Shown here one piece after another: positions 56,733 to 64,000 of a DNA stretch of 64,000 bases. Numbering within the stretch: the stretch's first letter is position 1; each line of letters starts with the position of its first letter. Source of the DNA: a virus; the IMG/VR virus record IMGVR_UViG_3300009034_002625, positions 1 through 64,000 of that record. One strand, written 5' to 3'. Both the position numbers and the translations under genes were made by a program. A model generated the notes under the pieces. The model made no database searches and was not told where the DNA came from. It was given only the letters and a program-made list of their open reading frames with translations.

Positions 56733-57033
56733 GATTTCCGAAATGGAGAGAAAAATTGTAAGGCAGCTAATGGATTCTCATATGAAGAAGAAAGAGAAAA
56801 TGATAAAAGATACCTTGAAACCTTTTTGGGCAAAGCATTTTAGGATTGTCGCAAAATTTCTCTGCCTTCATGAATCTGAATTAAAATTTGTGCGCGTAGG
56901 AAATAGAGTTCATATTGAACAACATACAAGATTAGCAGTAAGAGCAAGGTGGAAAAGGTGGAGATGGTTAATTCAAAAGATTTTCGCAAATCCAGATATG
57001 ATAAAAGAAGGAAAAAATGAAAAAAGAAATTGA
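56650..57033 (+). CDS. Hypothetical protein
   Basis: ORF following primase; start uncertain. Confidence 0.45.
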   Translation: MDMNHQKNRKRKPKKLKMLKINKEISSKISEMERKIVRQLMDSHMKKKEKMIKDTLKPFWAKHFRIVAKFLCLHESELKFVRVGNRVHIEQHTRLAVRARWKRWRWLIQKIFANPDMIKEGKNEKRN

Positions 57034-57232
57034 TAAGATGTTTGATAAAATTATTGATTCACTTAAACCAGCAAAAGTATCAAACGGTTGGGTAAATTTC
57101 AGCCTTATTATAGCAGATCTTCAAGATTGGAAGGAATTGATAGGGAAGGAAATGGAAAGATTTAATGCGGTAAAAAAACATTATAATCTTACAGAAGAAA
57201 CAATAGATTTTATATTGAAAGTGGAGGTCTAA
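57017..57232 (+). CDS. Hypothetical protein
   Basis: Coupled ORF. Confidence 0.5.
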   Translation: MKKEIDKMFDKIIDSLKPAKVSNGWVNFSLIIADLQDWKELIGKEMERFNAVKKHYNLTEETIDFILKVEV

Positions 57233-57233
57233 A

Positions 57234-57731
57234 ATGAACCTACCGAAAGAAACTGAGGAATTGTTTGGGGAATTAGCAAAATCACTTAAATACTGGTTAA
57301 AAACAAGAGATGGGCAAACAACTCTTACAAAAGGCACAATAGAATATAGTATCTTGGAATGCTTCCAACACATTCGCAAGTTGGTTGGGGAGAAGATGGA
57401 GAAAGAAAAAGTTAAAATTTCTTATAACCTATTATGTCAAAAGGATGCATCCGAAGGATTGTTAAGTTGGTTTTGCAATTATATGATTAAAGCTACTTAT
57501 GTAGGAAAACCTGACAATCCTGAACAGCAGGAAATAAAATTTCTTAAAAAAGAAGTTTTAAACGTATTGGAATTTTCAAAAGTTTATGTAGATAAAAGTG
57601 GAAATCCACAGACCATAAAAAACCAAGAAGAATATAATAGAAAAATAAATGGCTATATTTCTTGGGTTATGACAAATTTTATTAAAATGCCAACCAAAAC
57701 AAAACCAATAGAATTGGAGGGAGGGGAATGA
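57234..57731 (+). CDS. Hypothetical protein
   Basis: GGAGG SD. Confidence 0.55.
   Translation: MNLPKETEELFGELAKSLKYWLKTRDGQTTLTKGTIEYSILECFQHIRKLVGEKMEKEKVKISYNLLCQKDASEGLLSWFCNYMIKATYVGKPDNPEQQEIKFLKKEVLNVLEFSKVYVDKSGNPQTIKNQEEYNRKINGYISWVMTNFIKMPTKTKPIELEGGE
57702..57725 (+). repeat. 24-bp direct repeat copy 1 (AAACCAATAGAATTGGAGGGAGGG)
   Basis: Exact match to 60142..60165. Confidence 0.85.
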
Positions 57732-57931
57732 GCAAGGATAAAAGGATAAAAGAACGCATTGATGATTTACAATTTTTGTTAAGAGATATTGAGGTTGACA
57801 TTGTAACTTGTCGTATTTTTGGTGAAGAAAAAATGGAAGCAATTTGCAAGGTTAGCTGTGAACATTATAAAATTTGCAATCGTATTTTTGAGGATGAAAA
57901 TAAAGAAACTTTAGGGCATATAGGAGATTAA
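57728..57931 (+). CDS. Cys-containing hypothetical protein
   Basis: SD within the repeat; coupled. Confidence 0.5.
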   Translation: MSKDKRIKERIDDLQFLLRDIEVDIVTCRIFGEEKMEAICKVSCEHYKICNRIFEDENKETLGHIGD

Positions 57932-57933
57932 CA

Positions 57934-58272
57934 ATGCCTATAAAATGCGACCATTGCGGTAAATTTTGCAAACCTTACGATAGTTACACTCCTTTTGGGT
58001 GTAGATGTTACGACCCACCCGAACCATATGACCCAACAGTAATTTGTAAAAAGTGCTATGAAAACCTAAAAGCAGATTGGCTAAAAAGATTTAAAAAGGG
58101 TGAGTTGCAGTATGGTAATTGGCAAAAATCTAAAGCGGAAATGGAAGCTGCTAAAGAATGCGGTTTAATCTGGATACATAGCAACGGAATTGGAAAGTAT
58201 GGAACAAAAGAGTATAAAATCTATTGCTATGTAACACAAGAAGAATACGATAGATTAAACCAGTCGGCTTAA
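57934..58272 (+). CDS. Zn-finger hypothetical protein
   Basis: CDHCG...CKKC. Confidence 0.55.
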   Translation: MPIKCDHCGKFCKPYDSYTPFGCRCYDPPEPYDPTVICKKCYENLKADWLKRFKKGELQYGNWQKSKAEMEAAKECGLIWIHSNGIGKYGTKEYKIYCYVTQEEYDRLNQSA

Positions 58273-58289
58273 TATAGGGGAGTAGGGAG

Positions 58290-59021
58290 ATGGAAGAATA
58301 TCTAAACAAAATTCATTGTGCGGATTGTTTGGAATTTATAAAAGAGATGCCTGATAATTCAGTTGATTTAGTGTTGACTGATCCGCCTTATTTGGTAAGT
58401 CAAAATAGAGTTTTTACAAGAAAAAATGTTAAGCAAGTATCATTGGTTTTTGAATGGGATGATAGATTTAAAGACGAAAAAGAATATTTGAAAGAAATGT
58501 TTACAGTAATTAAAGAGTGTTCTCGGCTACTAAAATCTACTGGCAGTATTTATGTATTTATTGCTGATAGATACAATTCCTTTATCCGAAAATTTATGAT
58601 AGATTGTGGATTGCATTATAAAAATACTTTAGTCTGGTATAAAACAAATCCAGTTCCACATTTTATGAAGAATAATTTTTGTAATTCGTATGAATTTTGT
58701 TGTTTTGCTTGCAAAAATCCTAAAGAATTTATTTTTCATTTTGGTTGGCAAAAAAATATGCACAATGTAATTAGTTTGCCTATTTGCGGAGGACATGAAA
58801 GAACATCTCATCCAAGCCAAAAGCCTCTCAAATTGGTTAAAAATCTTATAGAAATATCAAGCGAGAAAGATGCAATAGTCCTTGATCCTTATTTAGGCTC
58901 TGGCACAACAGCAGTCGCTTGCAAAGAATTAAATAGAAATTATATCGGCATAGAAATCAATCCCGATTATTGTAAAATAGCAGAAAGAAGATTAAACAAT
59001 ACAGAAAAACCTTTATTTTAA
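58290..59021 (+). CDS. DNA N4-cytosine/N6-adenine methyltransferase (beta class)
   Basis: LTDPPY, HPSQKP, VLDPYLGSGTT, GIEI. Confidence 0.92.
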   Translation: MEEYLNKIHCADCLEFIKEMPDNSVDLVLTDPPYLVSQNRVFTRKNVKQVSLVFEWDDRFKDEKEYLKEMFTVIKECSRLLKSTGSIYVFIADRYNSFIRKFMIDCGLHYKNTLVWYKTNPVPHFMKNNFCNSYEFCCFACKNPKEFIFHFGWQKNMHNVISLPICGGHERTSHPSQKPLKLVKNLIEISSEKDAIVLDPYLGSGTTAVACKELNRNYIGIEINPDYCKIAERRLNNTEKPLF

Positions 59022-59051
59022 AAACCTAAACCTTAACGGAAGGAGGGGGAG

Positions 59052-59525
59052 ATGAGTGCTAAAAAAGATAAAATTGTCTTGAAAAAAGGCGAAGGAATAT
59101 TTGTCGGAAAAAATGCTGAGTTAAATATTTATATAAAAGCAGAAAAAGATAGGTTAATAGTTTCTGCACCGTTTAATAAACATTCAAAAACTTTCATAGT
59201 TGATATTTATGGATGGGAAGATGGTGTTATTGAATATGGCAAAACAAGCAAAATAAAAGAAAAACCCAATCTAATTCCTTTCATAAGCGAAGTTGGCTAT
59301 AAAGCAATGAAATATTTAGAAAACAGAGAAAAACAGCTGATTTCGGTGATAAAAAAAATGAAAGAAAATGCAAACAAGTGTATTTTTGTAAAAGAATGTG
59401 AAGCCGAAGGAAGTCTTGGAGAAAATATGGAATATGTTTGTCCAATAATAATATATGATACACCCAAACCAACTTTTTTAGGGCTTCAGCCTCTCCTATC
59501 AACATTACCAATAGAAAATGAATAA
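59052..59525 (+). CDS. Hypothetical protein
   Basis: GGAGG SD. Confidence 0.55.
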   Translation: MSAKKDKIVLKKGEGIFVGKNAELNIYIKAEKDRLIVSAPFNKHSKTFIVDIYGWEDGVIEYGKTSKIKEKPNLIPFISEVGYKAMKYLENREKQLISVIKKMKENANKCIFVKECEAEGSLGENMEYVCPIIIYDTPKPTFLGLQPLLSTLPIENE

Positions 59526-60151
59526 AATAATACTTGATTTATGCGGTGGAACAGGGGCTTGGAGTAAGCCTTATAAAGATGCAGGATATGATGTAAGGCT
59601 GATTACATTGCCTGATTATGATGTTAGAACTTATAAGCCACCTGAAAATGTGTATGGAATATTGGCTGCTCCACCTTGCACCGAATTTTCATTAGCAAAA
59701 ACAAATTCTAAATATCCAAGAGATATGAAAAGGGGAATGGAGTTAGTATATCATTGTTTGAAAATTATTTGGGAGTGTCAATATAAACTACCTACTCCAT
59801 TAGCCAAAAGAACAAATCTAAAATTTTGGGCTTTAGAAAATCCATTTGGATTGTTAAGAAGATATTTGGGACATCCTGTATTGATATTCAATCCTTATGA
59901 TTATGGCGACCCTTATCAGGAAAAGACTTGTTTGTGGGGATATTTTAATATACCAAAGAAAAATCCCTGTAAAGAATATACTAAAAATTATATTCATCAT
60001 ATAGCACCCAATGGTAAAATAGGAAAAAAAGTTTGATAGATTACTAACCAAAGAAATTGCACCAGAATATTATGGAAAACTAACAAGGCAGGAACGCAGA
60101 GCTATAACTCCAGCAGGTTTTGCAAAAGCATTTTTTGAGGCAAACCAATAG
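59518..60151 (+). pseudogene. Compact C5-cytosine methyltransferase-like gene with a +1 frameshift in an A7 run
   Basis: ILDLCGGTG, AAPPCTEFS, LENP; frame stops at 60036, +1 frame continues FDRLL...RRAITPAGFAKAFFEANQ* to 60151. Confidence 0.7.
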
Positions 60152-60165
60152 AATTGGAGGGAGGG
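60142..60165 (+). repeat. 24-bp direct repeat copy 2
   Basis: Exact match to 57702..57725. Confidence 0.85.
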
Positions 60166-60467
60166 AAAGATGAGTAAGCAAGAAGAATTTAAGGCTGATG
60201 ACTGCGAAGTGTGTCCTTTTTATAATGAAGATGGATTTTGTAATTATTACGAAGACCATATTGATGATGATGAAAAAAAACCCAAATATTGTAAAGTTAC
60301 TAAAGTAATTGTTTTACTTTGGGATGAATAAAAAAGGAGAAAACAAATGAATGAGGGGGAGAGGGTGTGTAAGACTTGTGAGTGGTGGGATAAAGATGAT
60401 AGGTGCGATACTAAAGCAACAGATTCTTGTGGTGAATGGAAAGCAAAAATAAAAAAGGAGACCGCTA

Positions 60468-60650
60468 ATGAAAAAAGCGAGTAAGAAACCAATCAGTTCC
60501 AAAAAAGAACAGATTGGGAAATTAAAATATGACATTGATGCTTTACCAATGCTTGTATTAGCTTTTGTAGCTTTCGGTGCAGGAGTATTATTCATGTTTT
60601 TGGCATGGCCGTTTATTCGGTTGATAACATTTTTTAGTAAGGAGAAATAA
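60468..60650 (+). CDS. Small membrane protein
   Basis: C-terminal TM helix; AGGAG SD. Confidence 0.5.
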   Translation: MKKASKKPISSKKEQIGKLKYDIDALPMLVLAFVAFGAGVLFMFLAWPFIRLITFFSKEK

Positions 60651-60651
60651 A

Positions 60652-61368
60652 ATGCCAGTAATCTATACTCCTAGGGGAAAAGCCAGAGAATATTCACCGC
60701 TAGCTATCAATCTTTATAATGGATGTTCTCATAATTGCAAGTATTGTTATGGAAAGAATATCAGAGGCAATCCAGAACCGGTTCCCAGAAAAAATATTCT
60801 TAAATTAATAGAAAAAGAAGCAATCTTACTTTCTAATGCTATGATTGATGATCAGATATTATTATGTTTTCTTTGTGATCCATACCAGCATTTAGAAGAA
60901 GGGTTAAAAATTACATCTCAGACAATTGATATTTTAATGAAATATAATTTACGTTTTACGATTCTTACAAAAGGTGGCAAGAGAAGCATTCCAGATATGG
61001 CTAAATATAAAGATTATCCCAAAGCATCTTATGGTGTTACTTTGTTTACATTTAAAGATGTTGAAAGATTACTTCAAGAACCTTATGCATCTCCTGTACA
61101 AGATAGAGTAAAAGCCTTAGCTACAGCTCATTTTATGGAAATAAAAACATGGGTATCAGTTGAACCGGTTTTTTATCCTGAAGATGCTCTAGAATTAATT
61201 AAGAATATTGCACCGATAACAGATAAATTTAAAGTAGGCAAATTAAATCATTATCCTAAAATAGAAAAACAAATTGACTGGAAGAAATTTTGTCATGATG
61301 CTATTGCACTATTAGAAAAATTGGATAAAGAATATTATATTAAAAAAGATTTAATGGAATTTTTCTAA
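60652..61368 (+). CDS. Radical SAM enzyme (SplB-like phage family)
   Basis: NLYNGCSHNCKYCY (CxxxCxxC), CDPYQ, ILTK, WVSVEP. Confidence 0.85.
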   Translation: MPVIYTPRGKAREYSPLAINLYNGCSHNCKYCYGKNIRGNPEPVPRKNILKLIEKEAILLSNAMIDDQILLCFLCDPYQHLEEGLKITSQTIDILMKYNLRFTILTKGGKRSIPDMAKYKDYPKASYGVTLFTFKDVERLLQEPYASPVQDRVKALATAHFMEIKTWVSVEPVFYPEDALELIKNIAPITDKFKVGKLNHYPKIEKQIDWKKFCHDAIALLEKLDKEYYIKKDLMEFF

Positions 61369-61379
61369 AGGAGAAAAAA

Positions 61380-61676
61380 ATGAAATGTGAAAAATGTGGA
61401 AGTCAGAAATTTTGGATAGAATGGAATAAGAGATTTGGATGCTTTTGTCAAACTTCAGAAGTTTTTTTGGAAGTTACAGGAACTTCACAAATTGATTCTT
61501 TTCGAGAAGTTAAAATGACTTGTTCTCAATGTAGAAACAAAATAGATATCAGCTCAAAAGAAAATAATCTTTTTAGTATCGAATATCTATATGGTCTTCT
61601 CAAACCCGCTCTTGAGATTACAGAAGAAGAAAAGAAAACCGTTAAAGATTTGATAGGAAGAAAACAAAATAGGTAG
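61380..61676 (+). CDS. Zn-ribbon hypothetical protein
   Basis: CEKCGS...CSQC. Confidence 0.55.
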   Translation: MKCEKCGSQKFWIEWNKRFGCFCQTSEVFLEVTGTSQIDSFREVKMTCSQCRNKIDISSKENNLFSIEYLYGLLKPALEITEEEKKTVKDLIGRKQNR

Positions 61677-61685
61677 GAGAAAATA

Positions 61686-61946
61686 ATGCCTAGATTTTTA
61701 TCCGCGGAACAAATGGGAAAAATAGTAGATACTGTATTAGCAAAAACAAAAGGCAAGAAATGTAGTGATTGCGGAGGAACTGCTTTTTCAGTAGAAGATG
61801 GCTTCGTACATTTTTCCATGATAAATCCAAAGATAAAAGCGGTTATGCAGATAGGAGGACCGTTCATTCCCGCTTGTGTTTTAAGTTGCAGTAATTGTGG
61901 TCATTTAGATTTTTATAGCCTAAGAGGATTAGGCTTAATTAAATAG
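61686..61946 (+). CDS. Zn-ribbon hypothetical protein
   Basis: CSDCG...CSNCG. Confidence 0.6.
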   Translation: MPRFLSAEQMGKIVDTVLAKTKGKKCSDCGGTAFSVEDGFVHFSMINPKIKAVMQIGGPFIPACVLSCSNCGHLDFYSLRGLGLIK

Positions 61947-61960
61947 AAAGGAGGAAAAGA

Positions 61961-62437
61961 ATGACAGTGAATAAGGATTGGGATCGAAAATTGGAAGCAA
62001 ATGTAAGGTATATCCTGAGGGTAGACGACTGCTCAGAGAAGATAGCAAAAGAATCGGGTAATCTTTACTGGAATCTCAGGATAAAGGTAGAGAAAGAAGC
62101 AGGAGGGAAAAATTTTCTGGGATTTACGGTATGGGAAATTTTGGTAGATACCCCCACAAATGATTGGAAATGGAGAATCTTTTTTACAGCTTTAGGCATT
62201 GAGGATTTAGCGGGAAAGAAAACTTATGAGCCCGAAATGTTAAATGACAAAAAGATGATAGCCAAGCTGAGAGAAGAAATAGATGACCAGAGCAAAGATA
62301 TTAGATGGAGAATAGACACTGATTCTTGTGAACCTTATGCGGAAGAAACACCAGCTGTTAGTGAAGAAGCTCCTGCGGAAGCACCGACAACAGGACCCGA
62401 TAAGCCTGGAAAAGAAGAAGAAGATATTCCATTTTAA
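61961..62437 (+). CDS. DUF669-like ssDNA-binding protein
   Basis: KESGNLYWNL OB-like core; acidic tail ending EEEDIPF. Confidence 0.75.
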   Translation: MTVNKDWDRKLEANVRYILRVDDCSEKIAKESGNLYWNLRIKVEKEAGGKNFLGFTVWEILVDTPTNDWKWRIFFTALGIEDLAGKKTYEPEMLNDKKMIAKLREEIDDQSKDIRWRIDTDSCEPYAEETPAVSEEAPAEAPTTGPDKPGKEEEDIPF

Positions 62438-62446
62438 GGAATAAAG

Positions 62447-62683
62447 ATGAGCATAACGAAAAATTGGGATGATATGAAAAGCAAAAAGACGGAGAGTGTT
62501 AAAACTCAAGTTTTTAAAAGACTCTCCGTCATGGGCCCCTTTAGAATTCAGCGATGGATTTTACAAGAATATATTGAATTAAAATTCAAGAAAAAAGAAT
62601 GGGACGATTTAACTCCCCAAGAAAAGTGCATGGCTAGAAATCACTTCTTTAAGCTGATTAACCTGACCCGGAAAGAGTCTTAA
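62447..62683 (+). CDS. Hypothetical protein (last rightward gene)
   Basis: AAGGA SD; converges on 62658..62909. Confidence 0.5.
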   Translation: MSITKNWDDMKSKKTESVKTQVFKRLSVMGPFRIQRWILQEYIELKFKKKEWDDLTPQEKCMARNHFFKLINLTRKES

Positions 62684-62909
62684 GGGCAGTCTCAGTCGCA
62701 TCAATTTCTACATAAACGCTTTCAAGTTCCGAAGCTCTTGTTACAATTCTAGCCTGAAATTGATCAATGGTTTCCCCGGTCGGAATGTATGTAAATGTTT
62801 CAGCGATTTCCCAACTATGAAAACCAGATAGCAAATAGAATTTTACAAACACATCATAAAAATCATCTTTTAATTTGGAAGCTCCGGTTACTTCATATCT
62901 ATAAGCCAT
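62658..62909 (-). CDS. Hypothetical protein
   Basis: AGGAG SD after the radical SAM gene. Confidence 0.55.
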   Translation of the reverse strand: MAYRYEVTGASKLKDDFYDVFVKFYLLSGFHSWEIAETFTYIPTGETIDQFQARIVTRASELESVYVEIDATETALKTLSGSG

Positions 62910-62918
62910 AATTTTCTC

Positions 62919-64000
62919 CTATGCATAAAAAGATTCATAAACACATTGTTTGCTAATTTTATACCAATTCTTCCAAGAAAAATCTCCGCCGTCAAGAAAT
63001 CTTTTTGCTATTTCATGTCCATTGTCAAATCTTGCACATGTTGAATAAATCTTTTGCAACATTTCAATCTGAACCTTATGCTTTTCCGCGAAATTCAAAC
63101 AAGACTTTTCAAAGAAAGACTCGGGTACATCGTCATTTTGTCCTTTATACAAACCTTCTTTCGCACAATACTCTCCGAGAACTGTTCCCAAATAAGGTAC
63201 ATAAATTGAGGCCCAAGCTAACTCGGGTTTTAATGCTACATTCCATTCTAATAGCTTTAGATCATCTTCAACCGTGCTGGTCGGAAGACCAAGCATCTGC
63301 TCAGTTCTAATCTTAATTCCATAAGATTTGACAAGGTTAGCTCTCTCAAGAATTTGTGTTTCAGTCAATTGACTGCGATTGAGAAGTTTTCTTATCCTTG
63401 GGTTGGAACTTTCGAAGGCAAAAGTTACACTCCTGCACCCAGCTTCTCTTAAAGCAGTAAGATAAGCATCATTTACCATTTCCAATCGAAATTGAACGGC
63501 GAAAGGTTCATTGATTTCCTTGCGCCATTTATCAGCAAATTCATCCAGCCATTTCTGATTTACCCCAAAAACATCATCTTGGAAAAATATGATTTTGGTT
63601 TCTGGATAATTGTAGAAAATTGATTTAGCCTCATCTATCACAGCATCAACTTCCCGAAATTTCGTGCCAGTAACTTCAGGAATGGGATTGCTGTTGAAAC
63701 AATAACTGCATTTGAATGCACAATTCAAAGAAGCAACTATAGATTTAATATAACTTCCTTGATACTCTGGGTAAATCTGATATAAGAGATCTCTTCTTGG
63801 CGTGAAAGATAAGGCCGAAGCAAAATTGCTTCTAAATATTTTTTTATTTCCATTTTCAAGAATCTCCGGCAAGACCGAACAGCCATCTCCTACTACTATA
63901 TGATCTGTATAGTCAATTTTATCATGAAACCAGCTTGCATGTGGACCACCCATGATAGTCTTGACTTCTGGAAAAAATTTCTTAATCGCATAGCAGAATT
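62919..64000 (-). CDS. B12-binding-domain radical SAM enzyme, 5'-truncated by window edge
   Basis: IMGGPHAS...VVGDG cobalamin-binding remnant; CAFKCSYC; FFQDDVF; FAFES; MLGLP; frame open to 64000. Confidence 0.85.
   Translation of the reverse strand, partial: FCYAIKKFFPEVKTIMGGPHASWFHDKIDYTDHIVVGDGCSVLPEILENGNKKIFRSNFASALSFTPRRDLLYQIYPEYQGSYIKSIVASLNCAFKCSYCFNSNPIPEVTGTKFREVDAVIDEAKSIFYNYPETKIIFFQDDVFGVNQKWLDEFADKWRKEINEPFAVQFRLEMVNDAYLTALREAGCRSVTFAFESSNPRIRKLLNRSQLTETQILERANLVKSYGIKIRTEQMLGLPTSTVEDDLKLLEWNVALKPELAWASIYVPYLGTVLGEYCAKEGLYKGQNDDVPESFFEKSCLNFAEKHKVQIEMLQKIYSTCARFDNGHEIAKRFLDGGDFSWKNWYKISKQCVYESFYA

Noticed and set aside
50493-58270. 14-bp inverted match AAGCCGACTGGTTT / AAACCAGTCGGCTT about 7.7 kb apart
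   Set aside because: Matches of this length are expected by chance in 64 kb, and no invertase was recognised.

Overview
This window is most of an AT-rich tailed dsDNA bacteriophage genome (Caudoviricetes, probably a siphovirus) with sigma70-type promoters and Shine-Dalgarno sites. The minus-strand arm (about 40.5 kb down to 1) carries small accessory genes and a phosphoesterase cluster, then terminase, a Mu gp29/DUF935-like portal, head, neck and tail genes. The plus-strand arm (41-62.7 kb) carries early and replication genes: a DarG-like macrodomain, SNF2 helicase, PD-(D/E)XK nuclease, RuvC-like resolvase, annealing protein, primase-helicase, two DNA methyltransferases, a radical SAM enzyme and an SSB. 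The standout feature lies between the portal and capsid genes, where a MuF gene usually sits. It is an adenine methyltransferase followed by a 1195-aa multidomain protein (ASCH, Pol-beta-type nucleotidyltransferase, ATP-dependent DNA ligase, two LigD-phosphoesterase-like domains) and two tandem prohead-protease-like genes, suggesting a virion-packaged DNA end-repair/protection system. Also seen: a -1 frameshift in the tail chaperone, three interrupted genes, a 24-bp repeat flanking the methyltransferase block, several structured intergenic RNAs and a candidate origin. No tRNA, CRISPR array, integrase or DNA polymerase was recognised. All family calls come from motif recognition by eye, not database searches.
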